Assembly (NCBI GenBank): GCA_951406725.2
Contig: OX597817.1
Span: 116,498,001-116,562,000 of the forward strand
Direction of reading: 5' to 3'
DNA length: 64,000 nucleotides
Source: Octopus vulgaris
Lineage: Eukaryota
The first letter of the stretch is position 1. The number at the start of each line of letters is the position of its first letter. The notes under the pieces are model-generated. The model was not told where the DNA came from and searched no databases. It saw only the letters and a list, made by a program, of their open reading frames with translations. Below, one piece after another: positions 13,250 through 26,017 of the stretch. Both the position numbers and the translations under genes were made by a program.

Positions 13250-13460
13250 GTTTCATATTTTGGCACAAGACTAAGAAAGTTTAGGCGATTAGTTAACTCG
13301 ATCACGCCGACCTTAGTGCTCGACTGGTACTCATGATATCGGCTCCGAAATGAACGCAAAGTCGACCACAGTGGAATTTGAACTCAGAACATAGAGTCGG
13401 GGGAAATAGCGTTAAGCATTTTCCCCGGATCACTAACGATTCTGCCATCACACCGTCTTA
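13250..13460 (-). mobile_element. diverged SINE family B
   Basis: caaagtcgacc...ggaatttgaactcagaac...aagcattt...aacgattctgcca. Confidence 0.7.
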
Positions 13461-15019
13461 ACAGTAAGAAGGATTAATTAAGCTATGACTGTGTTCATAA
13501 CTTAGTAAAATGTCAGTTTCTATGCCAATTTCTCACTTTTAATGTAATAAATTTAGTTCTTCTATTCTAGATTTTTATATTTGATAATGTGTATCTAAAT
13601 CAAATCATAAGGCGATTGCAATCGCATGTTTTGTATTTAAGTTTGCATTCCCGAGTTGAGTTATATGAACTTGACAAAGCGTTTCATTTCCACACTTCCA
13701 ACTGTTGTTTTCTTCGTTTCTAATATTTAGCCAAGATGCTGATACATTCCACATTTTTGAATGAAGATATAACTGTCACACACTTTTGTATTTTAATATA
13801 TTGTCCTTAGGATTTATGATTGTTGACAAAATTTTCATACAAATCGGTAATATCTGCTAAATGGAATTCACAGCTAACTGAATTCCTCAGCTTCCGATGG
13901 AATATAGTGAATGGGGGTCTTTTATCAGCTTTGTCAGGTCATTCAAAATAATATTCTGTATGCGACAAAAATTATGATCGTGATTTTATTTCAGTGGAAT
14001 GAATGCTTGAAAAGAGGTAGTTTTCCTTCATTCATTTTTTTTTTCTTTCCACGACATTTGTTTTTCTTTAAACGCATTTATTTTCTCCGTTAAACCAATA
14101 ACGGTTCTATCACGTCCGTGTATGTAGATATTTTAAGTTATTCAATTCTGAATAAGTATCAAAAAGGTAAGTTACTTTCGACATCAGAAAGATAAGTTAA
14201 TTTCTGCATCCACTTGTAATATTTTAAAGATAAATATTTTTGTTTTTAGATAAAGCATTTCTATTCAATTTGCAATGCCGTAACTCATTATGGAATGTTT
14301 CTGCAAGATCAACATTAGCTCTGCAACTAATGCAGTTAATTTGCTGAAAGGGCTGCAATTGACGGATTTTAAAAAACTTCACCCTGAACGACGCCATTCA
14401 TTTATATATTCAATTCCAAATATGTATATTTTGAAGCAATATAATTTCTATATAAAATCAGCGGAACAGTTAATTTTCATTACGCTTCTGCAAAATGCGA
14501 TCATAAGTTCGAAGCAATGCTGGTGCATCACTTGTGCATTCGCTGAAATATTAAATTCAGCGTAATCTCAATCAGCGTAAAAAGAAGACAAAAAAGAAAA
14601 CTAATTTGCCATTTCCGAATTAATAATCACAGTTTTGGAGTTGGAAAAAGATTTGCTGAATATTATGTGCACTTCCATGATTTCTCTCTGGTTTACTGCA
14701 CATAAGCCGTAAATTGAGCTTGTTTACTCATATTAAACAATTTATCTAACTGAACAGAAAATATTCACTTATATCTTATAGAAAACATAAGTTATTCTCT
14801 AAGATAGTTAAACGTATGCCCAATGTAATTGCAGCTTGAATCTTTTTACAACGTACAGTACTGCATTCTCATACCAACATAATTTCTACATGCAATATAA
14901 ATCATATGAATGACTGAACGATTAGTATTTTAATTTCAGTTGTTGCTTGGAGTACACTGCGCAATTCTTGTCCTTTAAGAGATATAGTTTTTCTGCATTG
15001 TGTATGCCACGGTGCATCC

Positions 15020-15067
<48 letters not shown>

Positions 15068-15072
15068 TATTA

Positions 15073-15104
<32 letters not shown>

Positions 15105-15132
15105 CTTATCATTATCATTATCTTTATTTTTA

Positions 15133-15215
<83 letters not shown>

Positions 15216-15246
15216 CTTATCCTTATCATTATCATCATTATTATCA

Positions 15247-15301
<55 letters not shown>

Positions 15302-15341
15302 CATTATTATTATTATCATTAATATTAATATTATCATTATT
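15020..15341. repeat. long (TAA)/(TTA)/(TCA) microsatellite with strand switch
   Basis: Seen directly. Confidence 0.95.
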
Positions 15342-15500
15342 AAGGCAGTGAGCTGGCAGAATCGTTAGCACGCCGGGCGAACTGCTTAGCGGCATTTCGT
15401 CTGCCGTAACGTTCTGAGTTCAAATTCCGCCGAGGTCCAATTTGCCTTTCATCCTTTCGTTGTCGATAAATTAAGTACCAGTGAAACACTGGGGTCGATG
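15342..15500 (+). mobile_element. SINE family B, 3'-truncated
   Basis: aaggcagtgagctggcagaatcgttagcacgccgggcg...gagttcaaattccgccgagg. Confidence 0.85.
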
Positions 15501-15534
15501 AACTGCTGCACTTTTGGCAAAATTTGAAAGCATT

Positions 15535-16170
15535 ATTATTATTTTCATAGTCATTGCTTTTGCACGAATTCTAAAGCTATGATATACTACCCTTATTCTT
15601 TGAGCACCATCCGGAGTATTCGAGTGGTTCCAGACAGTGCTGCTTTCTGCAAATTCTCCACACTTATTGCAAACCCTATTTGTTCCATGTAATTTGCATG
15701 ATTTTTAGTTACTCTTCCCAGGGCTCCGACAATTAACGTTAGTACTACAACCTTTTTCAGTGACCACAGCTGCTTAACCTCCCAAGCTAACCTGCCATAT
15801 CTATTGATTTTTTATTCTTTATTGCATACATTGTTGTCAGCTTGGCATGCTATATCTATGATCCGGCATCGTTTCCTTTCTTTCTCAATTAACACCATGT
15901 CTCGTTTCCTATTCTCTGCTCAAAATTGCACTGAATCATAAAACCCCATAAGATCTTTGCATTATCATTTTCGATTATTCCTTCGGGTTTTTGTTCGTAC
16001 TAGTTTTTTGCTCTGTCAACTCCGTACTTGTTGCAAAGCGGCCAAAGGACAATCCTTGCTAAGCTTATATTTTTTCTGGGCTAGTGGCGTACATTGACTG
16101 GTAATATGCCATACGGTTTCACAATTCTGTCCACAATTTCTGCACTTATCCATTTCTGACGTGTTGTCTA
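15535..16170 (-). pseudogene. decayed RLE-LINE C-terminus (knuckle + endonuclease)
   Basis: KCRNCGQNCETVWHITSQC, ILWGFMIQC, IIDIAC, LIVGALG remnants. Confidence 0.75.
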
Positions 16171-16181
16171 TTATTACTATT

Positions 16182-16788
16182 GAGTGAGAGAGCAGTGCAT
16201 GCCATCAAAGTGACACTGGGGTAAAATATACGAAGCCCAGAATACCCATTATGACTACACGTCTCATAAGGGTACACAAGGCACATGCATCACAAACATG
16301 TGTGCACGACATGAGGATTAAAAACTCTTGAGCTTACGGGTGGGGCCCAGGTCGAGTAGCCCATCCCATTCAAGAGGTCCTTGAATAAGGGTTGTTTAAT
16401 GAGGTTGAACGAAACACCCAGGCGTCCAGTGATGAATTATCCAAATTCCAAAGACTTCCTCTCAACACATGGCTATGATGCTCCCCCACTACAGCGATCA
16501 TGGTCAGTGCTGCACATATCGTCAGTCAATAAGAGACATGCTCAACTGTTAAATATCAAGCAAATCTGTGATATTGAGCACAATATTTGCACATATCGTC
16601 AGCCTTTAAAGAGTATGCTCAACTGGTTAAGGTCAGGTCAAACAACTGACAAGCAAATCTGTATTATTGAACAGAATATTTGCTGTAGCTCATCTATTAT
16701 ACCAAGAGAAAACAACGGACAGGATAACACTTCCAATCAGTTAAGATCAGAAGCCATGTGAGCCATTGCCTGGTACTGCATCAGGGCA
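16182..16788 (-). mobile_element. non-coding ~600-bp interspersed repeat with (AAT)n tail (family C)
   Basis: Second copy at 62758-63245 and a 34-bp end piece at 63264-63297. The end abuts TTA repeats. Confidence 0.8.
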
Positions 16789-16855
16789 ATGACACTGCAT
16801 CAGAGCCTTGGTACTGCATCAGGGATTATATACTGCCTGAAGGCATTCTTACTGC

Positions 16856-17070
16856 ATACTCTTTTTACTCTTTTACTTGTTTCAGTCATTTGACTGCGGC
16901 CATGCTGGAGCACCGCCTTTAATCGAGCAAGTCGACCCCAGGACTTATTCTTTTGTAAGCCCAGTACTTATTCTATCGGTCTCTTTTGCCGAACCGCTAA
17001 GTAACGGGAACATAAACACACCAGCATTGGTTGTCAAGCAATGCTAGGGGGACAAACACACTCACACAAA
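16856..17070 (-). mobile_element. SINE family A, 3' half
   Basis: Reverse complement of ~600-822. Confidence 0.85.
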
Positions 17071-17083
17071 CGCATTAGAGCCT

Positions 17084-17130
<47 letters not shown>

Positions 17131-17226
17131 ATTATTATTAATATTATTATTATTATTATTATTATTATTGTTGTCGTCGTTGTGTTGATGTTGTTGTTGT
17201 TGTTCTTCTTCTTGTTGTTATTATTA

Positions 17227-17279
<53 letters not shown>

Positions 17280-19832
17280 GCTATTGGCGAGAACTACTAT
17301 AATTTTTGCAAGATCCAAACATATGCTTTACATTAGTTATTCCTCCTTTTTACGTTATTAGCTCGAATCTCGATGTGATCATGTCTCTGGGTCGATAGAA
17401 TGCAGGCTAAGTATTGTGGTTGATATAACCGGCTTCCTCGTCAGCAAGGTCTTGTCCATAAATTCTATTTGTATTACTACTATTCATTTCATGGTTGTTT
17501 CCTTTCTTTATTTAACTGCTGTACTCACTAGAACATGTAGCTGGGCATGTTGCGAAAGTTTAGTTATTCACTTATACTACAGTGCTTATTTTTGTCTGAG
17601 ATAAATTATAGCAATATATATTTGTCGAATTGCTCGTTTCCGTTGTTTATTTCAAACCCGTGTTGTTTCAAAAAGTATGACCTTGTTGCATCAACGAGCA
17701 AAAGACTACAATTCGATAAATATCTAACTGATGGCTTAATTAACTGGTGAAATAGATGTTGGTAGGTTGATGTCAATGAAGCGATCAATCACGTCAAGAT
17801 GAAGCCTCGGCATGGCTAATGTCCAAAAACTGAAACTATGAAAATAGTAGTGTGAAACGTACAGCAAAAGAAAAGAGAACAGTTTTGCCTAAATTAATAT
17901 GCACGATTAAAATAAAAAGGAAATAAGATAAACAAATAAGTGTGGGTAAGTTCATGCATATAAACAATAATGACGAATAAATATATATTAAATACCATAA
18001 AAAATAATTTGTGATTTATTCAAACTTATCTTTGTTTGAAGAGAATATAAATCAAACTGTTCCCTGTTAGCAAATGGTACTCACCAGAATAGAGAAATAT
18101 ATTGATTGTCATTTTCGTGAGATCACATTTCTCTCATTTAAAAATTTATTGCTTTAATCTTTACTTTCTCTTTCAACCACTTTCATCGGTGCAGGAGAAT
18201 AGAAGGTACTGCTGCTTGTACACAGTCCCTTCTAGTGCTTAATGAGAAGAATCGTGCTGTCGTCAGCCCGCGGCACTGATAACCTAGACATTATTAATTG
18301 CAAAGCAGTTTTCTGAAATTTCGCAAGTAAATGAGTGACATTTTCTCTCCTCATTCGATTGCATACATCTCCAGTATAAGGCATCACAAGAAATCTGATA
18401 TCCCGATTACATGATTTTGCCGATTTTGCCGATTTTGCCGTCTACGCATATCATATATCTGCAATAGTGATGAGAAATCAATGGTCCTCGTTCTTCCCAA
18501 CAAAATGTGTAACAAATAAAAAAATATATTAAATATCTGCAGAATATGTGGAACCTGGAAAAGAAAAACTAGCACATTGCTTTTCAGTATTTAATATTGA
18601 ACAAGAATGAACACATTTTCCAGCATGACTAAATTTGGCTCAACAATCCAGTGGAAATTACGGGAGCCTTATCGTATGCGAATATAACAAAAACGGTATA
18701 AAATTAGAAGAAAAAAAGTTTCTTTTTGAAAATTACCATGCGATCATGATCTTGGTCAAACACATTCACACAAACTGGGAGGTCAATGAATATCGACCGA
18801 ACTCAGTTGGCAATGACGGGAAAGTAAATGCTACCTAATCAAAGAATACGTATCAATACATGCTAAAATATTTCTGACAAAAAGTTAAAAGTCTTCAGAT
18901 ACCAACATCTGAAAATAGTGATAACAAGTATAAGAAACCTAGAAAACATAGAATAACTGTGATGATAATTGTTTTAAGAATGAGTAGAATAGATTCAGAA
19001 ACAGAAGTAATATCTTGCAAACACGTAGTACAAACTGAATATAGCACTAGTATGCACTGCATACATCTTGCGTAGCACACTTTGAACTCATTATAAAACA
19101 GAAAATCGAAGTACATGCGCGCAACGAAATTTCATTTGCTAGAGCAATGAGAATACGAAATGGAAATAAGACAATTGAAAAAAAAAATAATAGGAAAATA
19201 GTCATTTATAATCGAGGTGTTTCTGCAAATATAATTATAAAGCATATATTAATAAAATTTCAAATTCCAATTTCTATTCGTGTACTTGGAAAACACTTAC
19301 TTTAATAAAACCCTAAAGCTAATAATAACTTCGTAAAACGTTCACTATGTTGGTGAACTTATAACCTTTTTCATGTATAAATATCAAATCTTATTAAATT
19401 AAATGGCAAATAAAAAGTTGTTGTAATATGGATGTAACGTTTATAGTCATCTGGTTGGTTACTGGTAATATTCATTCAATGTTATTCATAAAACACTAGT
19501 ACAAAACATTTGTTCATTTTAATGTAGACAATAATTTCCATAATATAATTTCCATACGATTCAAAATTGCAAGCTTCACTTACATTCACATGTGTACGGA
19601 AATTTATAGCCGATGTCAATATGCCATATGTTAAAATATTTCAAGCTAATAATTCTATAAATTTGTCATTTTCATTCTGAACTACTTTCAAATTACATCT
19701 GAAATAATTTAGTATGTATGCGTATATGTGTATGTGTATGTTTATGTATGTGTATAAGTGTGTGTGTGTGTGGTGGGATGTGTATGCAAATGTACCCATG
19801 CATATGTATATATGTATATATACTTTCGATCG

Positions 19833-20415
19833 CACATGATGTATGTGTTTTGTTTGTTCGCCGGATTCACTGCGATACACCTTCTGGGGAAGACCCCTTT
19901 GAATGCTATCTGTTAAAACACCTACAAGTCATCAACTGGCCAGACAACTCACCTCATATCGAATTAAGGAGTGATGTATGCCGATATTTAACCATTTTTT
20001 CTAGGTTGTCACCATTGCGTGCCTGAATCGAATCTGGGAAGAATCAATCCGCCAGTCAATGAATATATATAAATAGTGCAAGGACTATTTGTTGATGTTT
20101 CAACGCAATGCACATGTAACGTTAAATTCAATAACGAATTAAAAGCAGCGTTCGTGGTGAGAAATTAATAGATCGCATATAAACCATGTGTGTGTTTTGC
20201 CTGTTGACCGGATTCGCTTCAACATAGCGCTTGGAGAAGACCTGTTAAGGTTGAGGGTGAACATACCTGAAATTAATAGAGTTGAGACAACTTGCCTCGG
20301 ACCGAACTTAGGAGTGATGGATGCCGACATTTTCCCGTTATTGTTGCTTATCAACATTATGTACCTGAACCGAACCGGGGTATCCGGCGAACAAACAAAA
20401 CACATACATTATGTG
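19833..20415. repeat. two diverged ~350-bp tandem units bounded by a 34-bp inverted repeat
   Basis: IR arms 19833-19866 and 20382-20415 (33/34 complementary). Shared internal blocks GAAGAC, GACAACT, AGGAGTGATG.ATGCCGA, CCTGAA. Confidence 0.8.
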
Positions 20416-21311
20416 TTATTGATAATGTTTACACCAACAGCGCTGGTTTTGATTTCATATTGAATTTAATCTCATATATGCACGTTCCCTATTGGTAGTG
20501 CAGGTCAATTTAGTATTATTTGTCGATGCTATATTACCATTTAGACTTGGTGTGGTGAAGAATGCAAATTTGACTTTATATCTATTAAAGAGTTTTTAGA
20601 AGTAATTTTCCGGCATCTTGCAGAAAATTCCGAGATTATTCAAGGCTTCATGAAATCCGAAACACAGCGAAAACTCCAAATATTTCTCTTACATAATCCA
20701 TTCCCACGTGTTTTTAAAAGAGTTGCCAGCATAATCTTAAAGTTACTCTTTCTCCTACAATCAAAGAACGTGCTATAATTTTCACCCGTGTAAAGCTTGA
20801 CTGTTGGATATTAAGTAGCCCCTCCCCTTCTCCTGCATTCAAACGAATCGCAAAAGTGAAGAGTGTTCGGATTACAAGCGACGCTCCAGAGATTTCCAGT
20901 CAGTTTGTACCATCTATTGTAAAACAGTTGCTGCTATCGCCTTTAAGGATTATCGTTTCCTAGTGTTGTCTTTTGATCAGATTCGAATAATGAATAGTAT
21001 TCTTACTCTTAGTGCAGCAATACCAATGAAAAATACCTAAATCTGTTGCATTAGAAAGTCTGTGAACCTGAGAATGCCGCTGTCAAATTGTGTGTACAGA
21101 ATGTTTTCTATATAAACCACACTTATTCTAGATAATTTATCGTTCACGTTTTGAGCCAAAACCTCCTTCAGTATAGATGTACAGCGACTCGCGAAAGTGT
21201 CTTCTGCTTTATCTCGGCCAACCAATATCTTATGGGTGTATTCGGTAGACGAAGCTGTGTAACAGCCGTCATACAAACATACATACATACATACATACAT
21301 ACATACATACA

Positions 21312-21345
<34 letters not shown>

Positions 21346-21424
21346 ATATATCCATACATATATCTGTGTGTATTTATACACACATACACACATGTATATA
21401 TATCTATCTATCTATCTATTTATA

Positions 21425-22697
21425 TATTAGGCCATCCCATAAGTTCTGTACGATTTTACCTCTTTTAAAAATTGAATGAAATTTACTAGTATTTTAGAAT
21501 ATCTTTTATGCATTTGTGTACATTTAAACTAATTAAATAATATTTTACAGAATAATAGAATTAAAATTTCTTTGATTAAAGCCCTTTCTAAAATGGAAGT
21601 ATCCAAAGAGCATTTAAGGCACATAATCTTTTATTAGTACAAAAAAGGAAATTCCGCAGCCGAAGCGACTCGAAACATACACTCAGTTTATGGGAAAGAA
21701 TGCTTGAATGAAAGAACTTGCAGAAAATGATTTGCAAAATTCAGAAGTAGTGATTTCAGCCTTGAAGAGGAAGATCGAACAGGACGCCCAGTTGAGTTTC
21801 ATGATAAGCTCCTTGCGGCATTACTTGAAGAAAATCCTGTATTATTAGTTGAAGTATTGACAATAAAGCTTAGTTCAAACCATACAACTGTTCATCGTCA
21901 TTTTCAACAACTTGGAAAGGTTCTTAAACTTGGAAAATGGGTGCCTCATTAATTGTCCAAAACGACCGCAAATCTCGAGTTAACATCTGCTCTTCTCTCC
22001 ATTCTCGGGAACTCTTTCACCCTATTTGGAGAGACTTGTTTGTGACTGGTGACGAATAATGGGTCTTTTATCGAAATGTTAAACGTTATAAACACTGGAT
22101 CGGTAACATGGAAAAAGCTCAAGCACATCCGAGGAGAGAACTTCATAGGAAATGATTTCTTCTCTCTATCTGGTGGGATTGCAAAGGAGTAATTCACTAT
22201 GATTTGCTACCGCCTAATACAACAATAAATGCTCAAGTCTACTGTCAACAGTTAGAGTGTTTGAACCAAGCTTTAAAGAAAAAGAGACCCGTTTAAGTGA
22301 ATCGAAAAGGAGTGATATTTCATCAGCACAATGCGCGATTACATCACAGAAGATCGAAGATCACATTACAGAAGATCGAAGGCCTTGGTTGGGGAAAATT
22401 CCTTATCCACATTATTCTCGTGACCTTGCTCCTGCAGACTATCATTTGTTTCGTAGTTTACAGAATCATTTGGGGGACATAACTTCTGCAAGCCAGGAGG
22501 AAGTCGAAACAAAATTTCAGAGTTCTTCGCTTTGAAACCAAAAGAGCTTAAATTGATGGGATTAAAAAGCTTGTAAATAAATGGAAGGCAGTCATAGATA
22601 ATCAGGGTAAGTACATTGATGATTAAATTTCAATTAAATATTACATTTGATCAGTTGTTTTCTTTATTCAAAATTCGGACAGAACTGAAGGGTCAAA

Positions 22698-22702
<5 letters not shown>
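21425..22702 (+). mobile_element. decayed mariner transposon
   Basis: TA + TIR ttaggccatcccataagttctg, degenerate right TIR near 22670-22700. Transposase remnants from ATG 21593: GKWVPH, VTGDE, IWWD, HQHNAR, YSRDLAPADYHLFRSL. Confidence 0.9.
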
Positions 22703-22769
<67 letters not shown>

Positions 22770-23073
22770 TACGGAGAGATTGACTGATTGATTGATATAT
22801 ATATATAAATATACATATATACATTCAGTGTGTATGTATGTATCTACATGTGTGTATAAATGCGTGTTCGTGCTTCTGCAAGTCTCGCCAGCATTAGTTT
22901 TGTTACATCCACTCGACATAGCAGCACGGTGAAAGTGTGACCGATAGGAAAAAGACTTGAAAATAAAGTAGAACTCTCGGTACTTTGTCAGTATCAAAAC
23001 TGTCAAGTTGGTATGCCCGAATTTCTACCTCAAAACGACGGCAACAACAGAGAGTATAAAAATAAAAATAAAG

Positions 23074-23123
<50 letters not shown>

Positions 23124-24349
23124 CTGCTTACATTTGCATTCGATTGTGCAAAGGTGTGGGTACGTATATTCTATTGAAATAGTTAGAAATGAATGAAGCT
23201 CTTTAATGTCATCAATTGATTTACATGCATGCAAAACGGATGAGTTGTTTCACAAGTATTAACTAGAGCTGGCGATACATAACGTAGCCCAACCATAGGA
23301 TTTAATTTAACAGTTCAAATATGTTTTATTGGAAATTAGAATTTATATCAGTAGTGGAAATTTATGATATTATTCACTCATATAAAGACTTTTGCATAGA
23401 GACTGGAGTTTTACTGCTTTTTTCATAATTTATCGATTAATGCTAAGAATTTCAATCTTTCTTCGCCAAAGGTATTAGGCTGGGAAACTGTCGCAACTAC
23501 TTACGTATTACAGTTTTCTAATTTGTATCGATCACGAAACGGAAATTGAGTTATTCTCCAATGCAAAAATTGTCAGGAAAGATACGAAATTGTAAATGCT
23601 AGCACCTGCAGTAGGTGAAAAGAATTTATTTCAAATTGCTGAAAACACAAGAGAAAAGTAACAATATTTTGCGAGTAAAGTGAATATATTTTATTAATAT
23701 AATCTGTCCACATATCACCATAAAGATTGTAATATTTCTATGCACGCATAGAAGAGATTATTTATCTACTGATCTACACAAATGTATTTCCAGGAAAACA
23801 AACACGTATAAACATAACGCATGCAAACATATATATATGCATAAATACACACACACATTATATGTGTATATACAAGTATGTGTGTACACACATACACACA
23901 CACACATATATACATATAAACATATATACGTATGCATATATATGAGTGTCTAACAAAGTAATCTGTTGATTGCAGTTGTAGTAAATATTCTGATTGGCCA
24001 CATGTTTAGTGACAACGTTCTAAAGAAAATTTTGCACGGAAATGTTTTTCTATTAGTTCACTATTTTTTTTTAAATTTAAGAATATCTTGTTCATCTTTA
24101 ATCTTTCCGTGAGCGATGATTTGAACTGTTCGTAATCTAATTTCAATATACTCATAAGAGACCATCGCACGTTCATGTAAGACCGGGTATCTTATCCTCC
24201 TTTATGATATTCTTATATTTTTACTCTCATCATAGCTCATATTTTAATTTTTGTAGGGAAGAGTTTACTCAGCTGCTAATAATTTATTTGTATGTGAAAT
24301 ACTGATGATTGATATTGCTTGTTAAATGAAAATATTACTTTGAAATGTA

Positions 24350-24660
24350 AAGGAATGTGCAGATCTGTGGCTTAGTAGATAGGGTGTTGCTCTCACTGTC
24401 ACAAATCAAAGTTTCGATTCCAAAATCGGTGGCGCGTTTTTGAGCAAAATATTTAATTTCACATTGCTGTAGAAGCATAACCCTGTGACGGATTGGCTAT
24501 CCAACCCGCCTAGCGTGTGGTGAGGTATCATTTGAAAGCCGCGAGGAAGCGCTTTGTGACCAGTATTCTGGTAGGTTGAGTAATTGAACAAAACATTCTG
24601 GTGACACAAATCTGCATTGAAATGTAAGTTCCTACTCCATAAGAATTTCTCTCGATAGTT
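24350..24660 (+). mobile_element. diverged tRNA-derived SINE (family D-like head)
   Basis: gtggcttagtagatagg...gtttcgattcc...tgagcaaaatatttaatttcacattgct; related to 43150-43460. Confidence 0.55.
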
Positions 24661-24943
24661 CCAGGAACATCATTAAGGCAGCACGTCTCATTAGCATTTT
24701 TGGTTACATATATAAGTAATCCACGTGTTATTTAACAATTTATTTTTGCAACTTCAATACTGCTAAAACCTGTATTTATCGAAAGAAGATATTGACTTTA
24801 GCAACTGTGTATTTATGAAAGAAATATTCTGTGTATATTTGTGTGTGTGCTTGTTTGTTTGTGTGTGTTTGTGTGTGTGTACATAAATACGTTTATAGAA
24901 ATGAATATATGCAGGCATGTATGCATGTATACAGACGCTGACG

Positions 24944-25395
24944 TGACTGTGTATCAAAAACGCTGCCTCACAACCGTAAGGTTTCAGGTTCAGTCCCACT
25001 GCGTGAAAAATTGGTAACCCTCGACAGCCAAAGTCCTATGAGATGATTGGGTAGTTGAGAAGTGAAAGAAGCATATATATATAAAGAGAGAGAGAAGGAG
25101 AGTGTGAGAGCGATGAATAGGTAGGTAGATATATATGTGTGTATCTACGTGAGTGTTTGTGTTGGCGAGTTGGATAGCCAGTCCGTCACAGAGTTATGCC
25201 TCTACAGCAATGTGAAATGAAATCACCGCTTGACAAGATGTATTAGTTTGTTTATGTCCCTGTAACATAGGTGTTCGGCATAAGTGACAGAATTAACAAG
25301 TACCAGGTTTTAAGAAGCTTCTAAGGAATTTTCGTTCGACTCAAACATTTCAAAGCGGTGCCCCAGTATGACCAAAAGAATAAAAGATAAAAGAT
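24944..25395 (+). mobile_element. diverged SINE family A
   Basis: ggttcagtcccactgcgtg head; aaagcggtgccccagtatg...aaaagaataaaagat tail. Confidence 0.7.
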
Positions 25396-25577
25396 ATTCA
25401 TATATAGATGATTCTAGATAAATATTGGTTTCGAATTCTGACACACGGTCAGTAAGTTCAGGGAAAGGCTAATCAATAACATCAACCTCGATCATCAACT
25501 GACATTAATTTTATCGACCCCAAAAGAGCGAAAGGCAAAGTAATTCTCAGCGAAATTCGAATAACAAACGTATAGAC

Positions 25578-25865
25578 CAGTGGTTTCCTAACTTTTCCAG
25601 GATACCAGCTCCTTTGTTCTAAGGCCACATTCCTAGTGCACCCCATCACCACCACCACCACCACCACTAACCATCACAGGCATAGACCATTTTATGCAGC
25701 AAATTCAAAACAGTATTTCGCAAATAAAACTTAACCCAATTAACCCATTATTTTTTTTTGCATCCATTGCCCCGTTTTGGTCGCCCTATTATCGCCCCGT
25801 TTCTATTCTGAATGTTTCCACTGCTCCCAGTGGGGAGGCAGTACCACCCACTTTGGAAACGACTG
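25578..25865. mobile_element. hAT-type MITE inserted in a SINE-B copy
   Basis: TIRs cagtggtttcctaact / actttggaaacgactg; 8-bp TSD gtatagac / atatagac; SINE-B sequence on both sides (25425-25577, 25866-25930). Confidence 0.75.
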
Positions 25866-26017
25866 ATATAGACGGAAGAAATACCACTAACAGAGTATTA
25901 ACAATTCCGACAGTTCACAGCCCTGTTTATAAATAAATATTAATGTGAGTGTGGTTAAGCTTCATTCAGTGTGTACGCATGCTTAACATTTTGTGTATGC
26001 TTTTAAACCCGTCGATA

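Noticed and set aside
16765-16788. Similarity of cctggtactgca to U2 snRNA stem-loop IV
   Set aside because: Match of about 12 nt only, with no other U2 sequence.
20292-20498. ORF resembling a piggyBac C-terminus (ELRSDGCRHFP...KTHTLC)
   Set aside because: Required cysteines are missing, the frame is not conserved between the duplicated units, and part of the match comes from the low-complexity IR.
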